From the IMG/VR virus record IMGVR_UViG_3300042328_000542: a DNA stretch of 20,000 bases. The stretch is one strand, 5' to 3'. This document shows positions 7,681-14,264 of the stretch, in pieces. Within the stretch, counting starts at the first letter, position 1. Each line of letters opens with the position of its first letter. The position numbers and the translations under genes were made by a program. Under the pieces are notes generated by a model that was not told the origin of the DNA, did no database searches, and was given only the letters and a program-made list of their open reading frames with translations. This stretch comes from an uncultured virus (IMG/VR IMGVR_UViG_3300042328_000542). Taxonomy: Duplodnaviria; Heunggongvirae; Uroviricota; Caudoviricetes.

Positions 7681-8562
7681 TTATCTATAGTATGCATTTT
7701 GCTGTTTGTCTCTAGAACGCTTTCTTAATTCTGCATAACGTTTAGATACACTATTACTGAATCCATAATCACTAACAACTGGATATTCTTTTCCTGTTAC
7801 AGGATGATGGAAAATTCCCATATTTCTAGGTGAAATATCACCTGGATGATTTCCGGTATTTAACATCCAACTATGATAATTATCAACCCATGGATGCGAC
7901 ATAATATGTTCGTGGTGATCATCGTCTAGAGTTTTACCTGAATATGTCTGACCATGTGCATCAGAATATTCTTTATTCAGTGCATGATACATGTCATCAA
8001 ACGAAATACCTTTAGGATGAGTCTCAGTAACTGTTAAACGTTTAAAATCGCCTTTTTTCATAGGCGTAATTTTATGCATTTCTAACCAGTGATTATCTTT
8101 ATGTGATGAATAAACTGGAGCTAATACACCATGATGTTGTGTTGTATATGCACCTGGAGATTCTTCTTTCAGTACAGAATGCTCATTATTATAACCATCA
8201 GATTCAACTTCATTTTGATGTTCACCCAATAAAGCTTCCCCTGATGTGCGGTGTTTATCTAACGTACCAGGAAATGCAGTTTTGACTGCAGTGGGTACTG
8301 CAGTTTGACGACCATCTACTGTAACAGGTTTATGTTCACTAGGAAATAATACAGCTCTAGAACTACCTTTTTTAGGTTTACCTTCTTGGATACCAGTATC
8401 AACACCACGTTTAGCAAGATCACGTATTTTTTTAGAAACCGTATTTAATTTACTAGGCGAATGCGGTTGATTATCTAAAATATCTTGAATTTCACTATGA
8501 ACAGCTTCTATTAACTGTTCGGGTATATTATGTTCTAATAAGAACGATTTAAAAGTTTTCAT
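7681..8562 (-). CDS. Putative protein-kinase-fold virion internal protein
   Basis: Start moved to MKTFKSFLLE (ATG 8562, AGGA SD). Kinase-like motifs KKGSSRAVL, AVK, QNEVE, WLEMH, HPGDISPRNMG and VVSDYGF. Confidence 0.75.
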   Translation of the reverse strand: MKTFKSFLLEHNIPEQLIEAVHSEIQDILDNQPHSPSKLNTVSKKIRDLAKRGVDTGIQEGKPKKGSSRAVLFPSEHKPVTVDGRQTAVPTAVKTAFPGTLDKHRTSGEALLGEHQNEVESDGYNNEHSVLKEESPGAYTTQHHGVLAPVYSSHKDNHWLEMHKITPMKKGDFKRLTVTETHPKGISFDDMYHALNKEYSDAHGQTYSGKTLDDDHHEHIMSHPWVDNYHSWMLNTGNHPGDISPRNMGIFHHPVTGKEYPVVSDYGFSNSVSKRYAELRKRSRDKQQNAYYR

Positions 8563-8584
8563 AAGTTTTTCCTGTAAATTATAG

Positions 8585-8592
8585 TATTTATT
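8585..8592 (-). promoter_or_regulatory. Putative T4-type late promoter
   Basis: AATAAATA on the minus strand (T4 consensus TATAAATA), about 23 nt upstream of the 8562 start. AT-rich background limits confidence. Confidence 0.5.
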
Positions 8593-9301
8593 ATAATCCA
8601 AGTTTCTCTTTTGCAATAATATAATTTTTAACTAAACCAGATCGCACTATATCATCTGGTGTAAATTCAACCATAGCAAATTCATTTAAATGTGTTAATA
8701 TTTGCATAAAATCTTGAATACCACTTGTTTCTTTTTTAGTATTGAAATCACACTGTTTAATATCACCGGCAAATATAATTTTTGAACTATCGTGTAATCT
8801 AGTCAGAATCGTATCTAATTCTTGGAAATTCATATTTTGAATTTCATCTACAAACAATAAACAATTTTCATATGTCAAACCACGTAAAAAAGAAGTAGAC
8901 TCGAATTCAATAATAGATTTATGTTTCATTATATCATAAGCATCATCTCTGCAATATAAATCATTAACAATTGCTCTGTATGGAGCTTCATAAACTTCAA
9001 CTTTTTCTTTATCGGTTCCGGGTAAAAAGCCGAGATCTCTTGATGCAACTGCACTACGAATAATAACAATTTTACTAAAAGTTCCATTTTCCATCATATC
9101 TCGTAGTCCAAGATACAATCCTACCATAGATTTACCAACACCTGCGCTTCCATACAATACAAGATTCTTTCCACTTTCATACAATTCAAAAACACGTTCT
9201 TGATTATACGTGATAGGTTGTATTTTTGTCAAGTCAAAATTTAATCCAGTTGCTCTTGGAGATTTTTGAGTTTTTTTATTTCTTTTGTTAGGTTTTAACA
9301 T
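8591..9301 (-). CDS. phoH: PhoH-family ATPase
   Basis: Walker A GSAGVGKS, RDLGFLPG, FLRGLT, VDEIQN, GDIKQCD, DIVRSGLVK. Confidence 0.96.
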   Translation of the reverse strand: MLKPNKRNKKTQKSPRATGLNFDLTKIQPITYNQERVFELYESGKNLVLYGSAGVGKSMVGLYLGLRDMMENGTFSKIVIIRSAVASRDLGFLPGTDKEKVEVYEAPYRAIVNDLYCRDDAYDIMKHKSIIEFESTSFLRGLTYENCLLFVDEIQNMNFQELDTILTRLHDSSKIIFAGDIKQCDFNTKKETSGIQDFMQILTHLNEFAMVEFTPDDIVRSGLVKNYIIAKEKLGL

Positions 9302-9321
9302 AAGATCCTTTTATGGCTAGT

Positions 9322-9366
9322 AAAAAAGAAAAACCCGCTAACCATATTTTTATGGAATCGCGGGTT
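9322..9366 (-). terminator. Terminator-like hairpin directly upstream of phoH
   Basis: Minus strand AACCCGC-GATT-CCATA-AAAA-TATGG-TTA-GCGGGTT followed by TTTCTTTTTT. Confidence 0.7.
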
Positions 9367-9389
9367 CTGGTTATATTATAATATAAAAG

Positions 9390-9653
9390 TTAAAATTCAC
9401 GTGGTATAGAAAATTTTCGATCTGATAATGTATTTCCTGGTATACTATCTTTCATTCTACCAATAACACCTTTCATAAAATCGGTAGGGGGTTTTTTCAC
9501 TGATAGTCTAACGGAATCTCCTATATTTGGAGCATTACCAAAATATCGTTCAATGTGTGGATTAGCAATCAAATATTGTTCATAATCAGAAATCTTCAAC
9601 ATCACATCAAAGATTTCATCTGTATCTTTATTTCTAAGAGAATAAATAGGCAT
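9390..9653 (-). CDS. FmdB-like small protein conserved in T4-like phages (Cys-less variant)
   Basis: MPIYSLRNKDTDEIFD...YLIANPHI...IGDSVRL...KPPTDF pattern; typical position upstream of phoH. Confidence 0.7.
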   Translation of the reverse strand: MPIYSLRNKDTDEIFDVMLKISDYEQYLIANPHIERYFGNAPNIGDSVRLSVKKPPTDFMKGVIGRMKDSIPGNTLSDRKFSIPREF

Positions 9654-9683
9654 AGTATTAAATGTGTTAGTATATTAAAATAT

Positions 9684-10028
9684 TTATTCTGTAATATTAG
9701 CTGCTGTATATTCTTTATACGCGGTTGTACGCTTATCAACATAACCTGTTGGCAATCTTGGTAGATGTGCTGGATACTGATCTAAATCTTTATATAGATC
9801 AGTTGTATTAGTTTGTGAACCAGGAATACCTAAATGTTCCATTACAGTTTTGGGTTCACTAGGTAAAAATTGAACTTTAAATGAATCAAACGGCTCATTA
9901 ACTGAAAATACTTCACCAGTTGAAAGTGTGACCACGGTTGTAGTGCCACCAAATCCAGTAGCTAATTTTGCAACATATTTTGTATTAATTAAAAAATTAC
10001 CATCATTAGTATTTACTTGTAAAAACAT
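9684..10028 (-). CDS. Hypothetical protein with FlbD/SwrD-like N-terminal domain
   Basis: MFLQVNTNDGNFLINTKYVAKL...TVVTLSTGEVFSVNEPFD resembles the FlbD pattern (LN...I...T.I.L..G....V.E). Start at 10028 after a GGTG SD. Confidence 0.55.
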   Translation of the reverse strand: MFLQVNTNDGNFLINTKYVAKLATGFGGTTTVVTLSTGEVFSVNEPFDSFKVQFLPSEPKTVMEHLGIPGSQTNTTDLYKDLDQYPAHLPRLPTGYVDKRTTAYKEYTAANITE

Positions 10029-10052
10029 TATAATCACCAAAAATTAAAATTG

Positions 10053-10111
10053 TATAAATATGCTATTATAACAAAAAAGTTCTTGACAAAATCAAAAAAG
10101 TGTGTTAACAT
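10053..10111. promoter_or_regulatory. Divergent promoter cluster
   Basis: Rightward: TTGACA (10083-10088), 17 nt, TAACAT (10106-10111) with an extended -10 TG, plus a perfect late consensus TATAAATA (10053-10060). Leftward: TGT-TATAAT extended -10 (10073-10065). Confidence 0.75.
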
Positions 10112-10117
10112 AGCAAA

Positions 10118-10630
10118 AATTAGAGAATAGATATCTCTTAATAATTACTTAGTATGTAATTTTACTGATAGAAAATAAAGGTTGGTAGGCCGATTGTAAT
10201 TCTACTAGACACGTTGCCGCTAAGGATAACCGCTGTTTAATTCTCTGTTCTATCCAGAGACCTCCACTAGCTGCAATGAGCTTAAACGCCATCTTGTGTA
10301 TATCACTTGAGGAATATTGTTTTAAGTATAAAGGCAGTCCATAAAAAGACCTTGACGAAATCCAAGGGATTATTGCTGGTTGTATATGGTTTGATTATAG
10401 TAATATAATCCGGTTTAATTGTTATACAGAAGATCCTGTATAGAGAATTGAATCAAAAATAGAAAGATTCTGATATATTGAAGCACTGAAGGCGGAGCTT
10501 CATTAAAAGTTTGAGAGGTACAGGTAAGTCAAAGCCTAATATCAGATTTAAATCTTTCAAGTAAATCCTCCCTTCATCAAAATTCTACTTTGGTGGTTGT
10601 CCGATTTTTCGGATGGCCTTCATCGCTTAA
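10118..10630 (+). ncRNA. Putative long structured non-coding RNA, family unassigned
   Basis: No ORF of 60 aa or more between 10040 and 10826; directly downstream of a strong promoter. Dense helices include TCTCTG/CAGAGA, CCTTG/CAAGG, GATTATA-GTAA-TATAATC, TATACAG/CTGTATA, GAAAGAT-TCTGATAT/ATATCAGA-ATCTTTC enclosing TGAAGC/GCTTCA, and GGTTGTCCGA/TCGGATGGCC. Boundaries approximate. Confidence 0.55.
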
Positions 10631-10666
10631 AGAAACGTTAAAATAAAATCTAAATAAAAATAAACG

Positions 10667-10801
10667 CTTTGAGCGAAGCGAAAAGAACGAACGAAGTGAG
10701 TTTAAATTAAGTGAAAATTAGATTCAAATTTGATTAATGTTAATATTATATAACACTAAATTAGTTTTCTACGCTTCGCTCCGAAAACCTGCCTTCGGCA
10801 G
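10667..10801. other. Opposed GAA-triloop/tandem-GA DNA hairpins around an AT-rich core, candidate replication origin
   Basis: Plus: CTTT-GA-GC-GAA-GC-GA-AAAG and AAC-GA-AC-GAA-GT-GA-GTT. Minus: CTGCC-GAA-GGCAG and GTTTTC-GGA-GC-GAA-GC-GTA-GAAAAC. The intervening 10703-10763 has 8 G/C in 61 nt. Confidence 0.5.
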
Positions 10802-10825
10802 TACATTAATTATAGGATTTATATT

Positions 10826-11122
10826 ATGACGAAAAAAATTTACTCTAAAAAAACATTTGATGAATTAGCTAAAGAAATTACTAATTCTAAATCTACATTG
10901 GTACCAAAAGATGTTCTTCTAGCAGATCTCTATAGAAGTTATAAAAGTATTACTTTAGAATATGATAATGATCAATTTAAATATAATAAGAAATCTACTA
11001 ACAGTAAAAAGAATTCATCTATCACTAAAGTTAAATCTAATAAAAGTTCTACCAACAGTAAAAAGAAATTTACAAATAAAAAATCTACAAAGAGTATTAA
11101 ACAAAACTCTAATAGACTTTAA
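10826..11122 (+). CDS. Small basic Lys/Ser/Asn-rich hypothetical protein
   Basis: 98-aa ORF with AGGA SD; C-terminal KKSTNSKK-type repeats. Confidence 0.55.
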   Translation: MTKKIYSKKTFDELAKEITNSKSTLVPKDVLLADLYRSYKSITLEYDNDQFKYNKKSTNSKKNSSITKVKSNKSSTNSKKKFTNKKSTKSIKQNSNRL

Positions 11123-11126
11123 TGTA

Positions 11127-11174
11127 ATTTTACTTTCACTCGCTTTGCTCGTTCAGTAAAATCTGCTTCGCAGA
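11127..11174 (-). other. Second minus-strand triloop/tandem-GA hairpin pair
   Basis: Minus strand TCTGC-GAA-GCAGA followed by ATTTTACT-GA-AC-GA-GC-AAA-GC-GA-GT-GA-A-AGTAAAAT. Confidence 0.55.
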
Positions 11175-11189
11175 ATTCTTATTTAGTGC

Positions 11190-11218
11190 TTGACAAAACT
11201 GCATCTTTAATGTATAAT
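11190..11218 (+). promoter_or_regulatory. Consensus sigma70 (early) promoter
   Basis: TTGACA (11190-11195), 17 nt, TATAAT (11213-11218). Confidence 0.88.
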
Positions 11219-11267
11219 AATTTTACTAGTCTAAATAAAAATGTTACTAACATTATGGAATTATATT

Positions 11268-11426
11268 ATGGACAAACAAAAAGTAGAAAAAGCTGTTGAA
11301 ACTCTTAAATCTTACAATAAATGGCGTAGAGGATTGATTAAAGAATCGCCTAATGCATCATTAATAGGTGAGTCTATTGATTTTTTAACAGATTTAATTA
11401 CAACTGAATTATTAACTAAAAACTAA
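11268..11426 (+). CDS. Small phage hypothetical protein
   Basis: MDKQKVEKAVETLKSYNKWRRG...IGESID. Start at the second Met, after a GGA, preferred over 11241. Confidence 0.65.
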   Translation: MDKQKVEKAVETLKSYNKWRRGLIKESPNASLIGESIDFLTDLITTELLTKN

Positions 11427-11430
11427 TTTT

Positions 11431-11856
11431 ATGATAAAAAATATCTATGAAATATTGACCGAGATTGAAGCTGCTGAAACTCGTCAACAAAAGAAAACAG
11501 TGTTACAAAATAACAACTTACATCACTTTAAAGAAGTGTTAAAGTATACATTTAATCCTAGTATTGAATTTTATGTAGATAAAGAGTTTCCTGTAGATTA
11601 TATTAAACCTGATACTTTACCTGGAATTCGTTTTGCGGGTATTGAAAGTGAAATTCGTCGAGCATATTTGTTTATTAAAGGTAATGAGACTGCAGATACT
11701 TTAACTCAGGAAAAACGTAAAATTTTATTATTGCAGTTATTAGAATCATTTGAGCCACAAGAGGCTATTGTATGGTTTAATATGATGCGAAAAGATTTAA
11801 AAACTAAGGGTTTAACAGAAGCACTTGTTCGAGAAGTGTATCCGGAATTATTTTAA
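11431..11856 (+). CDS. Conserved T4-like phage hypothetical protein (DUF6433-like)
   Basis: IYEIL...KK.VL...LKYTFNPSIEF...KR..L..QLLES..PQEA...K.KGLT..LV.E.YP pattern, recalled from environmental T4-like phages. Confidence 0.7.
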   Translation: MIKNIYEILTEIEAAETRQQKKTVLQNNNLHHFKEVLKYTFNPSIEFYVDKEFPVDYIKPDTLPGIRFAGIESEIRRAYLFIKGNETADTLTQEKRKILLLQLLESFEPQEAIVWFNMMRKDLKTKGLTEALVREVYPELF

Positions 11857-11861
11857 ATACT

Positions 11862-12026
11862 ATGAAAAACATTATTAAATATTATCCTGAAGAATTTGAA
11901 GAATATTCTCCAACTAAAGTAAAAATCACTAAAAAATCTAATCGAGTATCGTTTAGAGAATTTGATGATATGAAATCAACGTCTAGCCAAAAAAAGAAAC
12001 CATATGTCGATTTTAAGCGATCTTAA
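11862..12026 (+). CDS. Hypothetical protein, 54 aa (not in ORF track)
   Basis: MKNIIKYYPEEFEEYSPTKVKITKKSNRVSFREFDDMKSTSSQKKKPYVDFKRS; begins 5 nt after the previous stop. Confidence 0.55.
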   Translation: MKNIIKYYPEEFEEYSPTKVKITKKSNRVSFREFDDMKSTSSQKKKPYVDFKRS

Positions 12027-12168
12027 AGATATTTACAGCTCTTTGCCGAAACAACAACCTCCAACTCAACCGATTACACCAATTGATCCTGATTTAATGA
12101 GTAGTGTAATTGATGCTTTGAATAAGCAACCAATTGTTGCTCCTAATATCAATAGGAAAGAATCATGA
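12004..12168 (+). CDS. Hypothetical protein, 54 aa (not in ORF track)
   Basis: MSILSDLKDIYSSLPKQQPPTQPITPIDPDLMSSVIDALNKQPIVAPNINRKES; stop overlaps the next start (ATGA). Confidence 0.6.
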   Translation: MSILSDLKDIYSSLPKQQPPTQPITPIDPDLMSSVIDALNKQPIVAPNINRKES

Positions 12169-12380
12169 TACCAGAAGATTCTATGTTACGCAGACATTAT
12201 CTTACTGAACTGAAATACAAACAAGAAGCTAATTTTGAGGATTTTATTTCTGTTGCCACTTACGGGAAAGGAACTAAAGTTGCTAAATTATCATCATTTC
12301 CGGATGCTCCAGCTTCTATTCCTATGTTACATTATGTGGCTGCTGGATTTTTTGTATTATTATTGGTAATTTTATTTTAG
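12165..12380 (+). CDS. Small membrane-anchored hypothetical protein
   Basis: 71 aa with C-terminal TM segment YVAAGFFVLLLVILF; AGGA SD and ATGA coupling. Confidence 0.7.
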   Translation: MIPEDSMLRRHYLTELKYKQEANFEDFISVATYGKGTKVAKLSSFPDAPASIPMLHYVAAGFFVLLLVILF

Positions 12381-12395
12381 TTGGTAACAGTAAAA

Positions 12396-14264
12396 ATGAC
12401 AAAACATATTCAGCAAACATATCAAGTTCTTGATGAAATTGACCATATTAGAAAACGAACTGGAATGTATGCCGGGTCTACTTCAATTCAAACCAGTCAA
12501 GAATGGATTTTCAATGATAACTTGAAAAAGATGGAAAAGCGTGATATTTCGTATATTCCATCTTTTATCAAAATATTCTCTGAAATTCTTGATAATGCTA
12601 TCGATGAAGGTAAACGTGCTCCTGATATATTAAATCAAATCAAAGTTGATATTACATTTGATGAGATTTCGATTCAGGATAATGGTAGAGGTATTCCCGT
12701 TGAAATCCACGAGCAAACTGGGACGTATATCGCGGAAACTGTATTTTCAAATCTACGAGCTGGTTCAAATTTTAACGATGATGAAGATCAATCATTGATT
12801 GGTACTAATGGTGTTGGTTCAACATTAACTAATGTTCTTTCTACAAATTTTAGAGTGGAATCTTGTGATGGTAAGAAAAAACTTACTCAAGATTTTTGGA
12901 ATGGTATGCGTGAACGTTCTGAACCGACTATTAAACAGTTTTCTAAGAATGGTACTAAAATAACATTTACTCCTGATTATGAATTTTTTAAGTTGAGTGG
13001 TTTAGATGTGGATCATCAATTAAAAATTCAAAAGAAAGTTATAGATGCTGCTGCTAATAATTTAGGTATTAAATTTTATTTTAATGGTGAATTAATTAAA
13101 TTTAAATCATTTGATGATTATATTGGATTATATTCTAATACATATTTCACAGATAATACCGATGATTGGAAAGTTGGTATAAGCGAGTCTGACGGATTTG
13201 AGCAGATATCTTTTATCAATTCTGTTGAAACTTATCAGGGTGGAACTCATGTTGATTATGTTGTAAATCAAATTACAGCGAAATTGCGTGAATACTTTAA
13301 GAAAAAGTATAAAGTAGATGTTAAGCCTAGTGATATTAAAAATCATTTTAGAATTTATATTGCAGGTACAGTAAATCGTCCAAGATTCTCTAGTCAGACA
13401 AAAGAGAATATGATTAGTCTTCCTTCTGAATGGAAGACTAGTTGGACAGTTAGCGATAAATTTATTAAAAATATTTTAAAATCTGAGATTATACAATCTA
13501 TTTTAGATTGGGTTCAAGCAAAAGAGAGAGCTAATGAAGCTGCAGAATTGCGTAAAGCCAATAAGAATTTAGATAAAGCAGATCCTCGTAGAGTTGAAAA
13601 ATTTCATGATGCTTCAACTAAACAACGAAATGAAGCTGTGTTATTTTTAGCAGAAGGTGATTCTGCATTATCCGGTTTATTATCTGGTCGCGATCCTAAG
13701 ATAATGGCAGCATTTCCGTTAAGAGGGAAACCTATCAATGTTTATCCTATGGAATTGAAAGATATCCTTGAAAATAAAGAATTCAAAAATATTATGACAA
13801 TTACCGGATTACAATTTGGTATTCAAGTTAAATCTGTTGAAGATATTCGTTTTGGTAAAATTGTATTATCTACTGACCAAGATTTAGATGGATTTGGTAT
13901 TCGAGCTTTACTGTTAAATGCGTTTTACAAATTCTGGCCAGAGTTATTCTCGTTGGGAGTTATTCATATTTTAAATACACCGATTGTTAAAGTTAAGTAT
14001 AAAAAAGATACTTTAAGTTTTTATGATTTAAGTGTATTTGAACGATGGAAAGAACAATATGTTGGTGAGAAATATGATTCCAAATATTATAAAGGATTAG
14101 GAACTTCTTCTAGTAAGGAATGGAAAGAATATTTATCCGATTTAAGTAATAATTTGGAAAAAGTTACAACAGAATTTGGTGATAGTGATATTTTCAAGTT
14201 ACAGTTTTCGAAAGAGATTGGTAGCACAGATAAACGTAAAGAATGGTTGGGGATCGAAGGATGA
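12396..14264 (+). CDS. gp39: DNA topoisomerase II large subunit (gp39 and gp60 fused)
   Basis: HIRKRTGMYAGS, EILDNAIDE, DNGRGIP, GTNGVG (GHKL ATPase); EGDSA, PLRGK, DQDLDG (TOPRIM); YYKGLGT. ATG at 12396. Confidence 0.96.
   Translation: MTKHIQQTYQVLDEIDHIRKRTGMYAGSTSIQTSQEWIFNDNLKKMEKRDISYIPSFIKIFSEILDNAIDEGKRAPDILNQIKVDITFDEISIQDNGRGIPVEIHEQTGTYIAETVFSNLRAGSNFNDDEDQSLIGTNGVGSTLTNVLSTNFRVESCDGKKKLTQDFWNGMRERSEPTIKQFSKNGTKITFTPDYEFFKLSGLDVDHQLKIQKKVIDAAANNLGIKFYFNGELIKFKSFDDYIGLYSNTYFTDNTDDWKVGISESDGFEQISFINSVETYQGGTHVDYVVNQITAKLREYFKKKYKVDVKPSDIKNHFRIYIAGTVNRPRFSSQTKENMISLPSEWKTSWTVSDKFIKNILKSEIIQSILDWVQAKERANEAAELRKANKNLDKADPRRVEKFHDASTKQRNEAVLFLAEGDSALSGLLSGRDPKIMAAFPLRGKPINVYPMELKDILENKEFKNIMTITGLQFGIQVKSVEDIRFGKIVLSTDQDLDGFGIRALLLNAFYKFWPELFSLGVIHILNTPIVKVKYKKDTLSFYDLSVFERWKEQYVGEKYDSKYYKGLGTSSSKEWKEYLSDLSNNLEKVTTEFGDSDIFKLQFSKEIGSTDKRKEWLGIEG

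Noticed and set aside
10250..10345. Group I intron core suggested by CAGAGAC and AAGGCAGTCC
   Set aside because: The two segments do not form a convincing P7 helix and no interrupted gene flanks the region.
10198..10590. AATTCTACT occurring twice, resembling a Cas12a repeat handle
   Set aside because: Only 9 nt, about 380 nt apart, with no matching stem partner, no repeat-spacer periodicity and no cas genes. The Cas4-like exonuclease is a standard T4-like gene.
10789..11174. CTTCGG/CTTCGC read as RNA UUCG tetraloop terminators
   Set aside because: The stem register gives a 3-nt TTC loop (GAA on the minus strand), not a C(UUCG)G tetraloop, and no clear U-tract follows.
12396..14264. Fused gp39+gp60 as a novelty, or a translational bypass as in T4 gene 60
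   Set aside because: The ORF is continuous, and the fused form is the common state among T4-like phages.
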